A stretch of 63,763 nt of DNA, filler included, from Rhabdomonas costata (Eukaryota), in NCBI GenBank assembly GCA_019059605.1. It is 39 parts of 39 records of this genome, joined end to end, with 100 filler letters (N's around TTAATTAATTAA, not from the genome) between each part and the next. Parts side by side here need not be neighbours in the genome. Positions count along the whole stretch, not along the records: positions 11,462 to 12,999 come from JAHMHO010013518.1; positions 13,100 to 14,638 come from JAHMHO010013519.1; positions 14,739 to 16,275 come from JAHMHO010013520.1; positions 16,376 to 17,913 come from JAHMHO010013521.1; positions 18,014 to 19,550 come from JAHMHO010013522.1; positions 19,651 to 21,190 come from JAHMHO010013523.1; positions 21,291 to 22,828 come from JAHMHO010013524.1; 32 more parts are not named here. The stretch is one strand, 5' to 3'. The position numbers and the translations under genes are program-made. Under the pieces are notes generated by a model, which was not told where the DNA came from, did no database searches, and saw nothing but the letters and a program-made list of their open reading frames with translations. Position 1 is the first letter of the stretch; the number at the start of each line of letters is the position of its first letter. Below, piece by piece: positions 12,468 through 22,507 of this stretch.

Positions 12468-12992
12468 GTGCACCTGAGTGATATCCAAGCGATGCCGGTC
12501 ACGGATTCAACAGCTCTGTCGCTCCCGACATGCCGAAAATACTTGACAAAAGTCAAAATAAAAAGCATCCTGAAATGGCAAATAATTCTGCATTTTTGTC
12601 ACCTCTTCCCCTCGTGGGTCAGTGTTGGGACAAAAAATTTAAGGTCGTTTTAGGTCAATTTTTACTCTTTTTTGGTGCCTCCGGACTTAACAAGCCAGCA
12701 AGGGAAGGGCATGGTGCAAGAGGGAATTTCATGGGGGAAACGACAGAAAAAAATAGAAAAGACTATACCTTGGGATCCAAAAACGCCCTGAGGCGAGGAG
12801 TGCGAGAACGCTTTATTGGAATCATTTGCCATTTTTCACTATGGAGACATTCCTTTTTAAATTGAGTTTTGTCTCTTGTAAATTATCTGCAATTGGGCCG
12901 CAATGAATAGATCTGATACTTTCGGTTTCCTGTTGGGGTGACAGAGCTGTTGAATCCGTGACCGACATCGCTTGGATATCACTCAGGTGCAC
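12468..12992. mobile_element. MITE-like element, ~525 bp, with ~53-bp terminal inverted repeats
   Basis: 12468-12520 (GTGCACCTGAGTGATATCCAAGCGATGCCGGTCACGGATTCAACAGCTCTGTC) is the reverse complement of 12940-12992 with one mismatch. The interior is AT-rich and non-coding. Confidence 0.55.
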
Positions 12993-13265
12993 ACCCCCCN
13001 NNNNNNNNNNNNNNNNNNNNNNNNNNNNNNNNNNNNNNNNNNNTTAATTAATTAANNNNNNNNNNNNNNNNNNNNNNNNNNNNNNNNNNNNNNNNNNNNG
13101 GGTGTTGGCATCGCGACACAGCAGGCCGATCTATTTTCGTTTTCAGTTCCCGGCCCTGTGGCTGTTCAAACCATACATCAGATGCACAGACTTTCGGTCT
13201 TCGCCGCGTTTTTCGTTTGAAGTCACCATGCCACATGGAACGGGGCAATGCACTTCTCACCTTTG

Positions 13266-13337
13266 GGGGCATACGATGATGTTCAAGGAGAACAGTCTGA
13301 GGCAGTGAATGCAAGCTTTGCTGAGTACCTGTGCCCC
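13266..13337 (+). ncRNA. Box C/D snoRNA candidate (copy 1)
   Basis: Box C ATGATG 13276-13281, D' CTGA 13297-13300, C'-like GTGAATG 13305-13311, D CTGA 13321-13324. K-turn stem TAC/GTA with a GAT bulge; outer stem GGGGCATA/TGTGCCCC. Confidence 0.72.
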
Positions 13338-13917
13338 TCCTTTGGAGCAGTTTTGGGATATCGTGGGCTATGGTGGGTTTGCCTTTCTTTTTGCATTGCG
13401 TTTTGTTTTCACACGCAACCTTTTCTTTGAGGCAGTTCTTCCCCACTTCACTCCAGTGCATCGAGGTTGCCGAGGGTAGCATTAGGTGCTCCCATGGTAT
13501 TTTCTGCCATTATACCGTTGGGTGAAGGGAAGGGGAAGGTTTTTGTTCCGACGTGTGAAAGTACTGCACCTTTGTCGTGCTGGCCTGCTTCATGGGGTGC
13601 AGAGAACTTGGCAGCCCGCAGCCGCAATGTTTTGCCCGCCTCCGGCAGGCTTGGGCCGTGCCTTGCCGGAATAGGCCTGGGCTGGAATGTTATCTTCAGC
13701 TAGAAGGTGCATCTTTTGTATTCATCAATGGTGAGTCGGGGGACCTAGGAGGGGTGTTGACATCGCGACACAGCAGGCCGATCTATTTTCGTTTTCAGTT
13801 CCCGGCCCTGTGGCTGTTCAAACCATACATCAGATGCACAGACTTTCGGTCTTCGCCGCGTTTTTCGTTTGAAGTCACCATGCCACATGGAACGGGGCAA
13901 TGCACTTCTCACCTTTG

Positions 13918-13989
13918 GGGGCATACGATGATGTTCAAGGAGAACAGTCTGAGGCAGTGAATGCAAGCTTTGCTGAGTACCTGTGCCCC
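13918..13989 (+). ncRNA. Box C/D snoRNA candidate (copy 2; a third copy at ~14569 is truncated)
   Basis: Identical to copy 1, 652 nt downstream. Confidence 0.72.
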
Positions 13990-15174
13990 TCCTTTGGAGC
14001 AGTTTTGGGATATCGTGGGCTATGGTGGGTTTGCCTTTCTTTTTGCATTGCGTTTTGTTTTCACACGCAACCTTTTCTTTGAGGCAGTTCTTCCCCACTT
14101 CACTCCAGTGCATCGAGGTTGCCGAGGGTAGCATTAGGTGCTCCCATGGTATTTTCTGCCATTAGACCGTTGGGTGATGGGAAGGGGAAGGTTTTTTTCC
14201 GACGTGTGAAAGTACTGCACCTTTGTCGTGCTGGCCTGCTTCATGGGGTGCAGAGAACCTGGCAGCCCGCAGCCGCAATGTTTTGCCCGCCTCCGGCAGG
14301 CTTGGGCCGTGCCTTGCCGGAATAGGCCTGGGCTGGAATGTTATCTTCAACTAGAAGGTGCATCTTTTGTATTCATCAATGGTGAGTCGGGGGACCTAGG
14401 AGGGGTGTTGACCTCTCGGCACAGCAGGCCGATCTATTTTCGTTTTCAGTTCCCGGCCCTGTGGCTGTTCAAACCATACGTCAGATGCACAGACTTTCGG
14501 TCTTCGCCGCGTTTTTCGTTTGAAGTCACAATGCCACATGGAACGGGGCAATGCACTTCTCACCTTTGGGGGCATACGATGATGTTCAAGGAGAGAAGTG
14601 CATTGCCCCGTTCCATGTGGCATAGTGACCCCAAACAANNNNNNNNNNNNNNNNNNNNNNNNNNNNNNNNNNNNNNNNNNNNTTAATTAATTAANNNNNN
14701 NNNNNNNNNNNNNNNNNNNNNNNNNNNNNNNNNNNNNNGTTTTTTTGGATCGGCGAGCATGGCATTTGGCTGATTCAAAGAAAGTGTTGCGTAGGCAACC
14801 GCGAACGCGCGCCAGACATTCTATGTGCGGGAGGGGGGGGGAAAGGCTGTAATCTTACGGGTTTCAGATGCTGTCTCTATTTTGACCTGCTGCCCCTTCA
14901 TGTCGGTGGCTGTGCCTCCCTGGGTTGTGGTGGAAGCGGTGCTGCCGATAATGCTGAGTAACGCAAAGGTGGGCGCTGCAGTGTGGGAAGTGCAAGAACG
15001 TATGCAGATGCTGGGACTTGTATGCGATGGCCGATACCTTTGCAAAGTGGGCTATAAAAACCTTACATCGACATACTCGTCCACATGGGATGGACGCGCC
15101 AGTCATACCATCCAAGACCCACGACCAACACCCACGGAGAAGGATGAGTTTGCAGTTGGAAGGTGCGCGCACAC

Positions 15175-16032
15175 GTCGTTGATGCACTGCGAGAGGATCA
15201 TCGCGCCCTTCGCGCTCTGGCCCAAGGCGTGAGCCAGGGCGCTGAACCCCGAGATGTCCACGAAGGCCACTGCGCCCTCGATCTGCCGGCGGTCCTGCGA
15301 AAGTACATCCGAAACAGAACGGATATGAAGAAGCCGGAGGAAGAAGAGACCACAAAGGTAAACGGCCCACCACCGTCCCGACTGAGAGGGACTGCAAACT
15401 CGAGCACCAAAAATCTACTTCAAAGTTAGCTGCATGAAAATCTGATGCTTTGCCCAATGATTGTCGAGAAGTCGCGCTACGCCCCAGCGCTTTCCGCTTT
15501 CTCCTTTATGATTCGCCTGCGCAGCAACAGCGTGTAAGTCGGAACAAACAATTACACGCACCCCTCCCCCCACACACATACCATGTCCAGAGTGACGACC
15601 TGGTACCGCAGCGCCTCGGCCTGGTACGGCCGCAAGGTCTCCATGGGGTTGGGTATCGCACCTCCATCCTCGGGTAGCACAAAGGTCGCCGTGGGGCTGT
15701 CCAGGTGATCCAGCCCCGCAACGTCGGTTATCCCTGGGGCACCCGAAGGGGCAGCTGCAAGAACCTCCAAGGACACCGCAGAGACTACCGACTTCGAGGC
15801 TTTCACGGGCCCGGCCTGGGGCTGAGGCTGTTGCTCCCTTTGCTTCTTCTCCGTCCCACCCCGGGCCGTCATCCCCCCGGGGGTTCCCGGGGACTGCGGC
15901 CCGCCCTCCAGCGCCCCAGAGAGGTCCGCAATGCTCTCCCCAGAGCGGCTGGCGGTGTCCCCGCCTGCGGCGGCAGCGGCGTTGGAGGAGGAAGGCCCGG
16001 TGTCAACCTTCGGGAGGGGGACCCAGTAGTAC
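15175..16032 (-). CDS. Adenylate cyclase, soluble/ADCY10-like class III, start of first catalytic domain (exons 16032-15582, 15294-15175)
   Basis: ..LRPYQAEALRYQVVTLDM|DRRQIEGAVAFVDISGFSALAHALGQSAKGAMILSQCIND|. FVDISGFxAL is the metal-binding motif of sAC-like cyclases; the GT-AG junctions are in phase. Confidence 0.8.
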
Positions 16033-16426
16033 CTGGACAAAGGGGAAGGGGGTTCGAGCGTGAAAAGGGTTGCATGGGAAGTGCCCTCGCAGGAAGAAGG
16101 ATCCTAGAAAAGGATGCAGCCACCATCATGCTCAATTGCGTTCGTCCAAAGTAAGGACGGGATGGGGTAGCACCGGTAGCAATGGACAACAGAAATATAC
16201 TAAGATATCTTCGGGTAATGTGGGAAATGTGCCTCCACTCTGGAATTAATTTTTCTAATAGAAACCCAACAAAAANNNNNNNNNNNNNNNNNNNNNNNNN
16301 NNNNNNNNNNNNNNNNNNNTTAATTAATTAANNNNNNNNNNNNNNNNNNNNNNNNNNNNNNNNNNNNNNNNNNNNGTGGGGTGGTGTTTTCTAAAGGTTT
16401 CGCCCATTCCGCCGCGGTTCTGCAAG

Positions 16427-17913
16427 CTGTTCCCGTTCTTCCTGCTGGCCCGCGAGCCGGGCCGCGGGGTGGGCAGCGTGAATGGGGAGGTCGTGGTGGA
16501 GGGCGGCGAGGGCCACGGGCCGCGCAAGGAATTCTTTGACCTCGCAGCGGAGGAGTTGCGGCGGGAGTGGGAGTGCGCCGTGCCCGCGGAGGGCCACCTG
16601 GTCACCCTCACTGCGGGCTCCCCGTTGGTCACAATCTCCCCGACAAGGGCAGGTGGAGCTTGGAATCCTTTCCTTGTGCGTGTGCACAGCGCAGAGGAGC
16701 TTCCAGTGTTTTTGCGGTGTCAAGGACTCTCAGGATCCCCTGTCGAGAGTATAGGATATCGGATCCGCACCCGAGAATTGAATGCGTTTGGACGCTGAAT
16801 TCATCGCGATTCCGCCTTCGTGTTCTTGTGCAGGAGGCCCCGGTAAGATGGGGTGGCTGATACAGTCTTATGTTTACGTTACCGTGCTTCTTAATGTTCT
16901 TAGTCCTGAATCAGTTCTGAATAGTCTGATTCTCCAGTTACTTGTATTTAACTTCACGTGATATGCAAAGCCTCATGGGTTTGAGAATCTGCGAGCCGAT
17001 ACTCAGCCTCCACCTAGTGCGCCATCGCACTATCGGACTTGGAATTGGGATGCGGTGGGCGGTGATACAGGCGCGAGCCACGAGTGGCTGGTGACGGGGT
17101 GCCGGCTGGTGTTCCACGTCAGCCTGCCCCCGGATGGCCGAGCCTTCTCCGCGGTGGTGGTGGAGGTCAACGCGCCCCGCGACAAGCGCAAGGTCCTGGC
17201 CGAGGACCTGCCCCACGTGCAGTCCTCCTGCGGGGACTCGCAGGGCGGCACCCCTCGAGACCGCACCGGTGTGTGTATGTGTGTGTGTTGAAAGTGCCAA
17301 TGGCAGTGACAGCACCGTGAGTAGGACTACGCATATGGTTTCCTCCGCACATCAGTGCGTGCCTTTGTCGGTGTTTCTGTCTATCACCATCTCTGATCCC
17401 CTTTCTTTTCCTGCCGTTTGGGCTGACTGCTGTGAACAACCCCGAAAACATTTTCTCCTTTGCAGGTTGCTTTTTTTGTTGAGGTGGTTGTTTTTTGTCT
17501 CCACAAAACGACAGTCTTGCTAAAGTGCGGGGCCAAAAAGTTGGAGAAGCGCTTCCTTTCGTTATTTCCAACACGAGAGAGCACTCTTTCAGCTTCGCTT
17601 GTGCTTCACCGTTCCTCTGTTGCGCGGACCAAAGCACGCTAAACAATTCTTGTTGCTAACGTGGTCATTTCTTTCGTCCAAAAAGAACACACTCACTCAC
17701 TTTCGCTCACTCACCTAACTCTTTCTGTCTCCCTCCCTGTCTTCGGCTCAGCCGCAAGCTCGCCTCGCTCTGGGGGCAACGGGTACGGCGACACGGGCTC
17801 GCTAGTGCGCGAGGGCAGCGCCAGTAGCGGGGCCTCCATGGACAGCGGCGGGGTGATGGTGCTGGGCAGTGCGCACCGCCTGGCCAAGGGTCCCGCGTTG
17901 GTGGTGCACACAA
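16427..17913 (+). CDS. Probable HECT-type E3 ubiquitin ligase fragment (exons ~16427-16652, 17071-17268, 17752->17913)
   Basis: EGGEGHGPRKEFFDLAAEEL resembles the HECT N-lobe start (E.G.G.GP..EF[FY]); three exons are joined by phase-1 GT-AG introns. Confidence 0.5.
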
Positions 17914-18021
17914 NNNNNNNNNNNNNNNNNNNNNNNNNNNNNNNNNNNNNNNNNNNNTTAATTAATTAANNNNNNNNNNNNNNNNNNNNNNNNNNNNNNN
18001 NNNNNNNNNNNNNTGTGTTTT

Positions 18022-18246
18022 GGGACGGGACAAGCTGTCCCACTCCCACCATGCTGTGGGGGATTTTATCCCGATCGCTTATTTAGGATTGGGCCACTGC
18101 TCCGAATCCCTCGGTCTTGGTTTGCGGGTTTCCGGGCGGAGCAGCCATCCCGGTAGCCGGTTACCCAGCCGGTTCGTGATAAAAGAAGTGGGAGCAATAA
18201 AAGATTTCCCACGGCATGGTGGGTGTGGGACAGCTTGTCCCGTCCC
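18022..18246. mobile_element. MITE-like element, ~225 bp, with ~39-bp terminal inverted repeats
   Basis: 18022-18060 GGGACGGGACAAGCTGTCCCACTCCCACCATGCTGTGGG matches the reverse complement of 18208-18246 with 2 mismatches. Confidence 0.5.
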
Positions 18247-21200
18247 GGAAAACAGTGGAGAATACATACAACAATTGATTGACCTCCGGGTCCGGGTCGG
18301 GGTTGAATCCTGTAGTTTTGTGTGTGTGTGTGTGGGGGGGTCTAGCAAAAGGTCATTTCGCCCAAGTCAGGGGGAAATGGGGTGAAATCATGGGTTGTTA
18401 AGAATATGTGTTTCCGGGAGAGGGTACCTTGGCCATGAATCTGTTTCTGAAAATAGGAGGACCCTTGCGCAAATGAGACAAAAAATCGGAACATACGTTC
18501 GGGATGCGCGCCGGTCAAACCAGAAACCCCACTTTCACAAGCGATGCCCATCGCAAACTTTTAGGGTGGGTTGTTTGTGATGTCTTTAACAAAGCTTGGC
18601 AACAATCAGGGTGTGTCTGAAGGTGATTAAGGTAGTCCTTGGGAAAAAGGATCGTCACATTTTTTAGAAACTATTATGCCGCCCAAGGTAACAAAAACGG
18701 GCACAAAGATCCAGAGAAGGGGTCGTATATGAATCCTCGATGTCTTTCACTGCTGTTACTCATTTCGAAAAGGAACATTCCTTGAAGCACTCGCAATGAA
18801 ACAATGACATACACGGCGACGGTGCTTGCTTTTTGGCATCCATGTAACAACGTGGGCGCTGCCCCACACACAAAGACTCGGTACAAAAATGAAAAGCAGC
18901 GTGTGAGGGGGAGGATCCACCCAACCATCCAAACAAAAAAAGAACAGAAAGCAAGGTCAATGAAAAAATGAAAAGAAAATCAATGCCGTTCCACCGACAC
19001 GGAGACGGCTTCCTCCCATATCACCACAAAAACAGCTAGTCAGGCTCCACCACAAACTGAGAACCACTTGGAATAGCAAAGGATCAAGGGCAACAAGGTA
19101 TGCAACCGGGTCCAATACTTTTTTTGTGGGGTGTTAAACAACTAATCGAGGGAGCTCTACAAGTTTGCCTCTTTTCGTGTGCATAATTCCCTCAACTATT
19201 TGCCGAAACTTTGCAGGAATAGAAATTTTGCCATAAAAATCACGGTGCATCTGGCGCGCGAACGCTCATTTTCCACAACGAACTATTGCATTGCTAAACC
19301 GTGAACTTAGGGCTGAGGGCTTATCTACACACACAATACGGCTTCTCATTTCTTCCCAAACATCAGTTTTGAAACCAGCTGCATAAAAATAGGGCAAAAA
19401 AGCTTCCGTTCGGAAGGATACAAATCTCTCAGTTTGCGGGTGAAGGTATCAGAGGTGCAATGCTTCTCATATTGCTCAGTCACGGGCCAAAGAAGCGCAT
19501 CTACTCTGATATTATTCTGCCCGGAAAAGGCCAAAATGCCGCAAAGAAGTNNNNNNNNNNNNNNNNNNNNNNNNNNNNNNNNNNNNNNNNNNNNTTAATT
19601 AATTAANNNNNNNNNNNNNNNNNNNNNNNNNNNNNNNNNNNNNNNNNNNNTGTTGGTCTTAGATGATCATCACTACTGCTACAGGAACATGTGATTGGTT
19701 ATTACCCACCTGTTGTAAACGGTGCTTCTCCTTCAGTCAATAGAGGTTTTGAAATTATGTGGAATTTGAAATGTGCAACCTAGCGCGATGGTACGTGTCG
19801 TGGAAACGCGTGACACGCAGTAACAGACTGGAATGTTATTAACAACGCTTTCCATGAGGTGGACAAAATGCCTTGTCCACTTGTCCACATCTTATAGAAT
19901 GACTTGCGCACCAGTATGCACTAATGACTTATTCAGAGGCTCCAGCATCCAGAAAATAGAGGTATCTTTGCTAGAACGGTAACCGGCAGAGTTTGTCCTA
20001 TAACACAACTGGAAATGGATGTTCGGTATTGATAAGTACCGGGTTATTAAAGTAAAACATTCTGCACAATCCTCTTGGGTTCGTTTCCGTAAGGTGTGTC
20101 TCAGTGAAATGGAGGTTTATTTATTATAGGAATTAAGTAATAAAAGGCATTTAAATGGCTGTCTTTGATAATCCAGTATGTTCTATGCTATTTAGCTTTT
20201 CCTAGAGATTCCTAGGGAATCTGAATCACAATGATTCTCAACTTAGAATACGATACACACCCTTCTGCGGCATGCATTACAATAAAAGTGAGTCGAAAAA
20301 CAAATCTCGCGAGTCCTTTTGAGATTTATGCTCGTCATTTGTGCATGCGGTTTCTGCTGTGATCATTTTTAGTGCGGTGTGAACTCTTTTGCTCCAACGC
20401 TTGTCTGATGGAGCTGGTCGCGTAGGGCATAGAGGCTAAATAGTGGCGCAATGAAACGGAATATTGTGAGGTTGAACGACCGCTCCACTCCAGACGCTCT
20501 TCACCTTTCATGTAAGTTCCTTTGTTGCCACCTAGTAAATCAGGTTCTCGTTGCACACTGTTGACGTGTGCGTCCGCATCGCGGATAGAACGGCTACGTT
20601 CCAACGTCTAGATAATGTGGCAATCAAATGGAACTCAAGTGCTCAGTTTACATCAACGATTTCCACTCAGAGGTGTTGCGCAGGAACTTGGGATTGAGCT
20701 CCTGGAAAAAAAGGGTCACAGGTTTCTAACAACTGCCACTCGAGAACATCCAGATGACATGTAAGCCCAAGCGATGAGGGCACGTTGGATGGCGAAGGCT
20801 TCTGGAAGCTTCAGCTGCTCATTAAGTGCTCAGTGTTCCAAGTGTAGTGCGGAACTGCCGGTATTTTCCCAGCAAATTGCGGAAGTGGCCCTATTGTGGC
20901 CAATGCCGTAAACTGCTACAGCAGTGTATGCTGATCCTGTGGATAAGGAACAGCTTTCTGGACGATCCTCGCCAGCAATTCCGGCGTCCCTGAAACGGGC
21001 GCTTGGTGGTTATTTTTTGGACCGCTTCTCCTCCAACTAATTCGCGAAATAACGGTGCGGCCAAATCGTATCAAATTTACCAATTGTTTCTGAAAAACGT
21101 GCGTAAAATCAACAAATAAGAGACAATGGGAAGCCTTCCGTCAAATGTGTCGCGCGCGGCTTGTCTAAAAACAGCGTGTCTAAAAACCACNNNNNNNNNN

Positions 21201-22376
21201 NNNNNNNNNNNNNNNNNNNNNNNNNNNNNNNNNNTTAATTAATTAANNNNNNNNNNNNNNNNNNNNNNNNNNNNNNNNNNNNNNNNNNNNTGGGGTCATG
21301 GCAGTTTGGACTTGGGGTGCGATGTTCTGCCGTAGGCTTCCCACAGTCTGTGCACAGCATCGTAGGTGCGTTGCGGCACGCACAGCGCGGTCTCGGCGTG
21401 GGCCAGCCACTGCCGCAGCGCCCCCAACGGCTGTGGGGTCCCCGCTGCGAGAATGACAATGACATGCATCGTGCCCATCTGCCTCTCGCATAATCCATCT
21501 GCCGAATTTTCCTTTATTAAAATATTGCCATAATTTCTTTCACGGGCTCTTTTTTCTCACTAAGCTTTGTTTGCCGTCTTATGGTGCGCTTCATGTTATA
21601 AATGAGAGTTCTGAGACCAAAATGAAAGATATGCCACAACACGAAAAAAGCCACCGTGACATTGTGACAAGGAACCAATAACCAATGCGTTCTTGTTTAC
21701 CTTTTATACAGTTCGAAAAGATTTTATGAAAACTTCTCATTTCTCAGTTTTCCGTTGTGAAGCGGACAACATATCCTGCAAACGATTTAATGCAAACGAT
21801 TTCCTTAGGTCGAGAGGTGAGTACACTGGTGCGAAACAGCTCTTCTGCAGAAAGAATTTCTGTCAAAAACATCGCTTATACAGTTTCTTCACAACTGCGG
21901 TTCCGTTTCCATTCGGTCAAGAAGATGTGGGGTCTCTGATTCCTGTCTGACTAGCACCCACTGCCACGCGAAAGAAGGGAGAGGCATAGAGCACGCTCGC
22001 ACCATTCAGAGTCAGGGTGTCAAAGAAGGCAGCCCATGTCTCTCGTGACGAAAGCCCTTTGGGGACAAAATGAGAAGTGAGAAAACCAAGGAAGAGGGGC
22101 ACGGGGTACGAATTGCAGAATAGGACAATTCCCAACCCAGCGACTCTAAAATGAATGAGAAAGAGGCAAGGGTAGTGCTTCATGTGCTTCATGTCTGAAT
22201 GCAATCTGAAAAGGTTTCATCTACCATAACTCAGGGTGGAAGTTGGAGGATGCAAGCGGGCCTATGCCTGCGCCGTAGCTTTGAGTCTCAAGAGGCAAAC
22301 AGGTTTTTTCTCCATACATTCTTCGAGCTGAAGGAAAGAAAAACAGAAAGAAGATCGGAACGTAGGCGACAGACAC

Positions 22377-22507
22377 CTTCTGGCCGGGAGCTCAGCACAG
22401 CCACGGCGTCGTCCACGACCGCGCGCAGCCCCACCATCGTGGCACTGCGGGCCAGCGCAGCCACGACGGCCTCCCCCTCGGGCAGGGCATCCCACGCGAA
22501 CAACTCC
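22377..22507 (-). CDS. Internal exon of an uncharacterised protein
   Basis: GC-rich open segment ELFAWDALPEGEAVVAALARSATMVGLRAVVDDAVAVLSSRPE, bounded by CAG| and |GT. Confidence 0.45.

Larger units (their letters stand above)
13100..14592. repeat. 652-bp tandem repeat, ~2.3 near-identical copies
   Basis: Landmarks recur at +652/+651 (e.g. ATGATGTTCAAGG at 13276, 13928 and 14579), with only a few substitutions between copies. Confidence 0.97.

Noticed and set aside
13100-14592. 5S rRNA, spliceosomal snRNA or protein-coding interpretation of the 652-bp repeat
   Set aside because: Only scattered 5S-like words (ACCATAC, GATGCAC, TGAAGT) with wrong spacing and no 3' half; no U1/U2/U5/U6 hallmarks; the ORFs lack coding-like features.
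14590-14629. Inverted copy of 14525-14561 forming a long hairpin
   Set aside because: It breaks the otherwise conserved repeat unit right at the contig end, which fits an amplification fold-back chimera.
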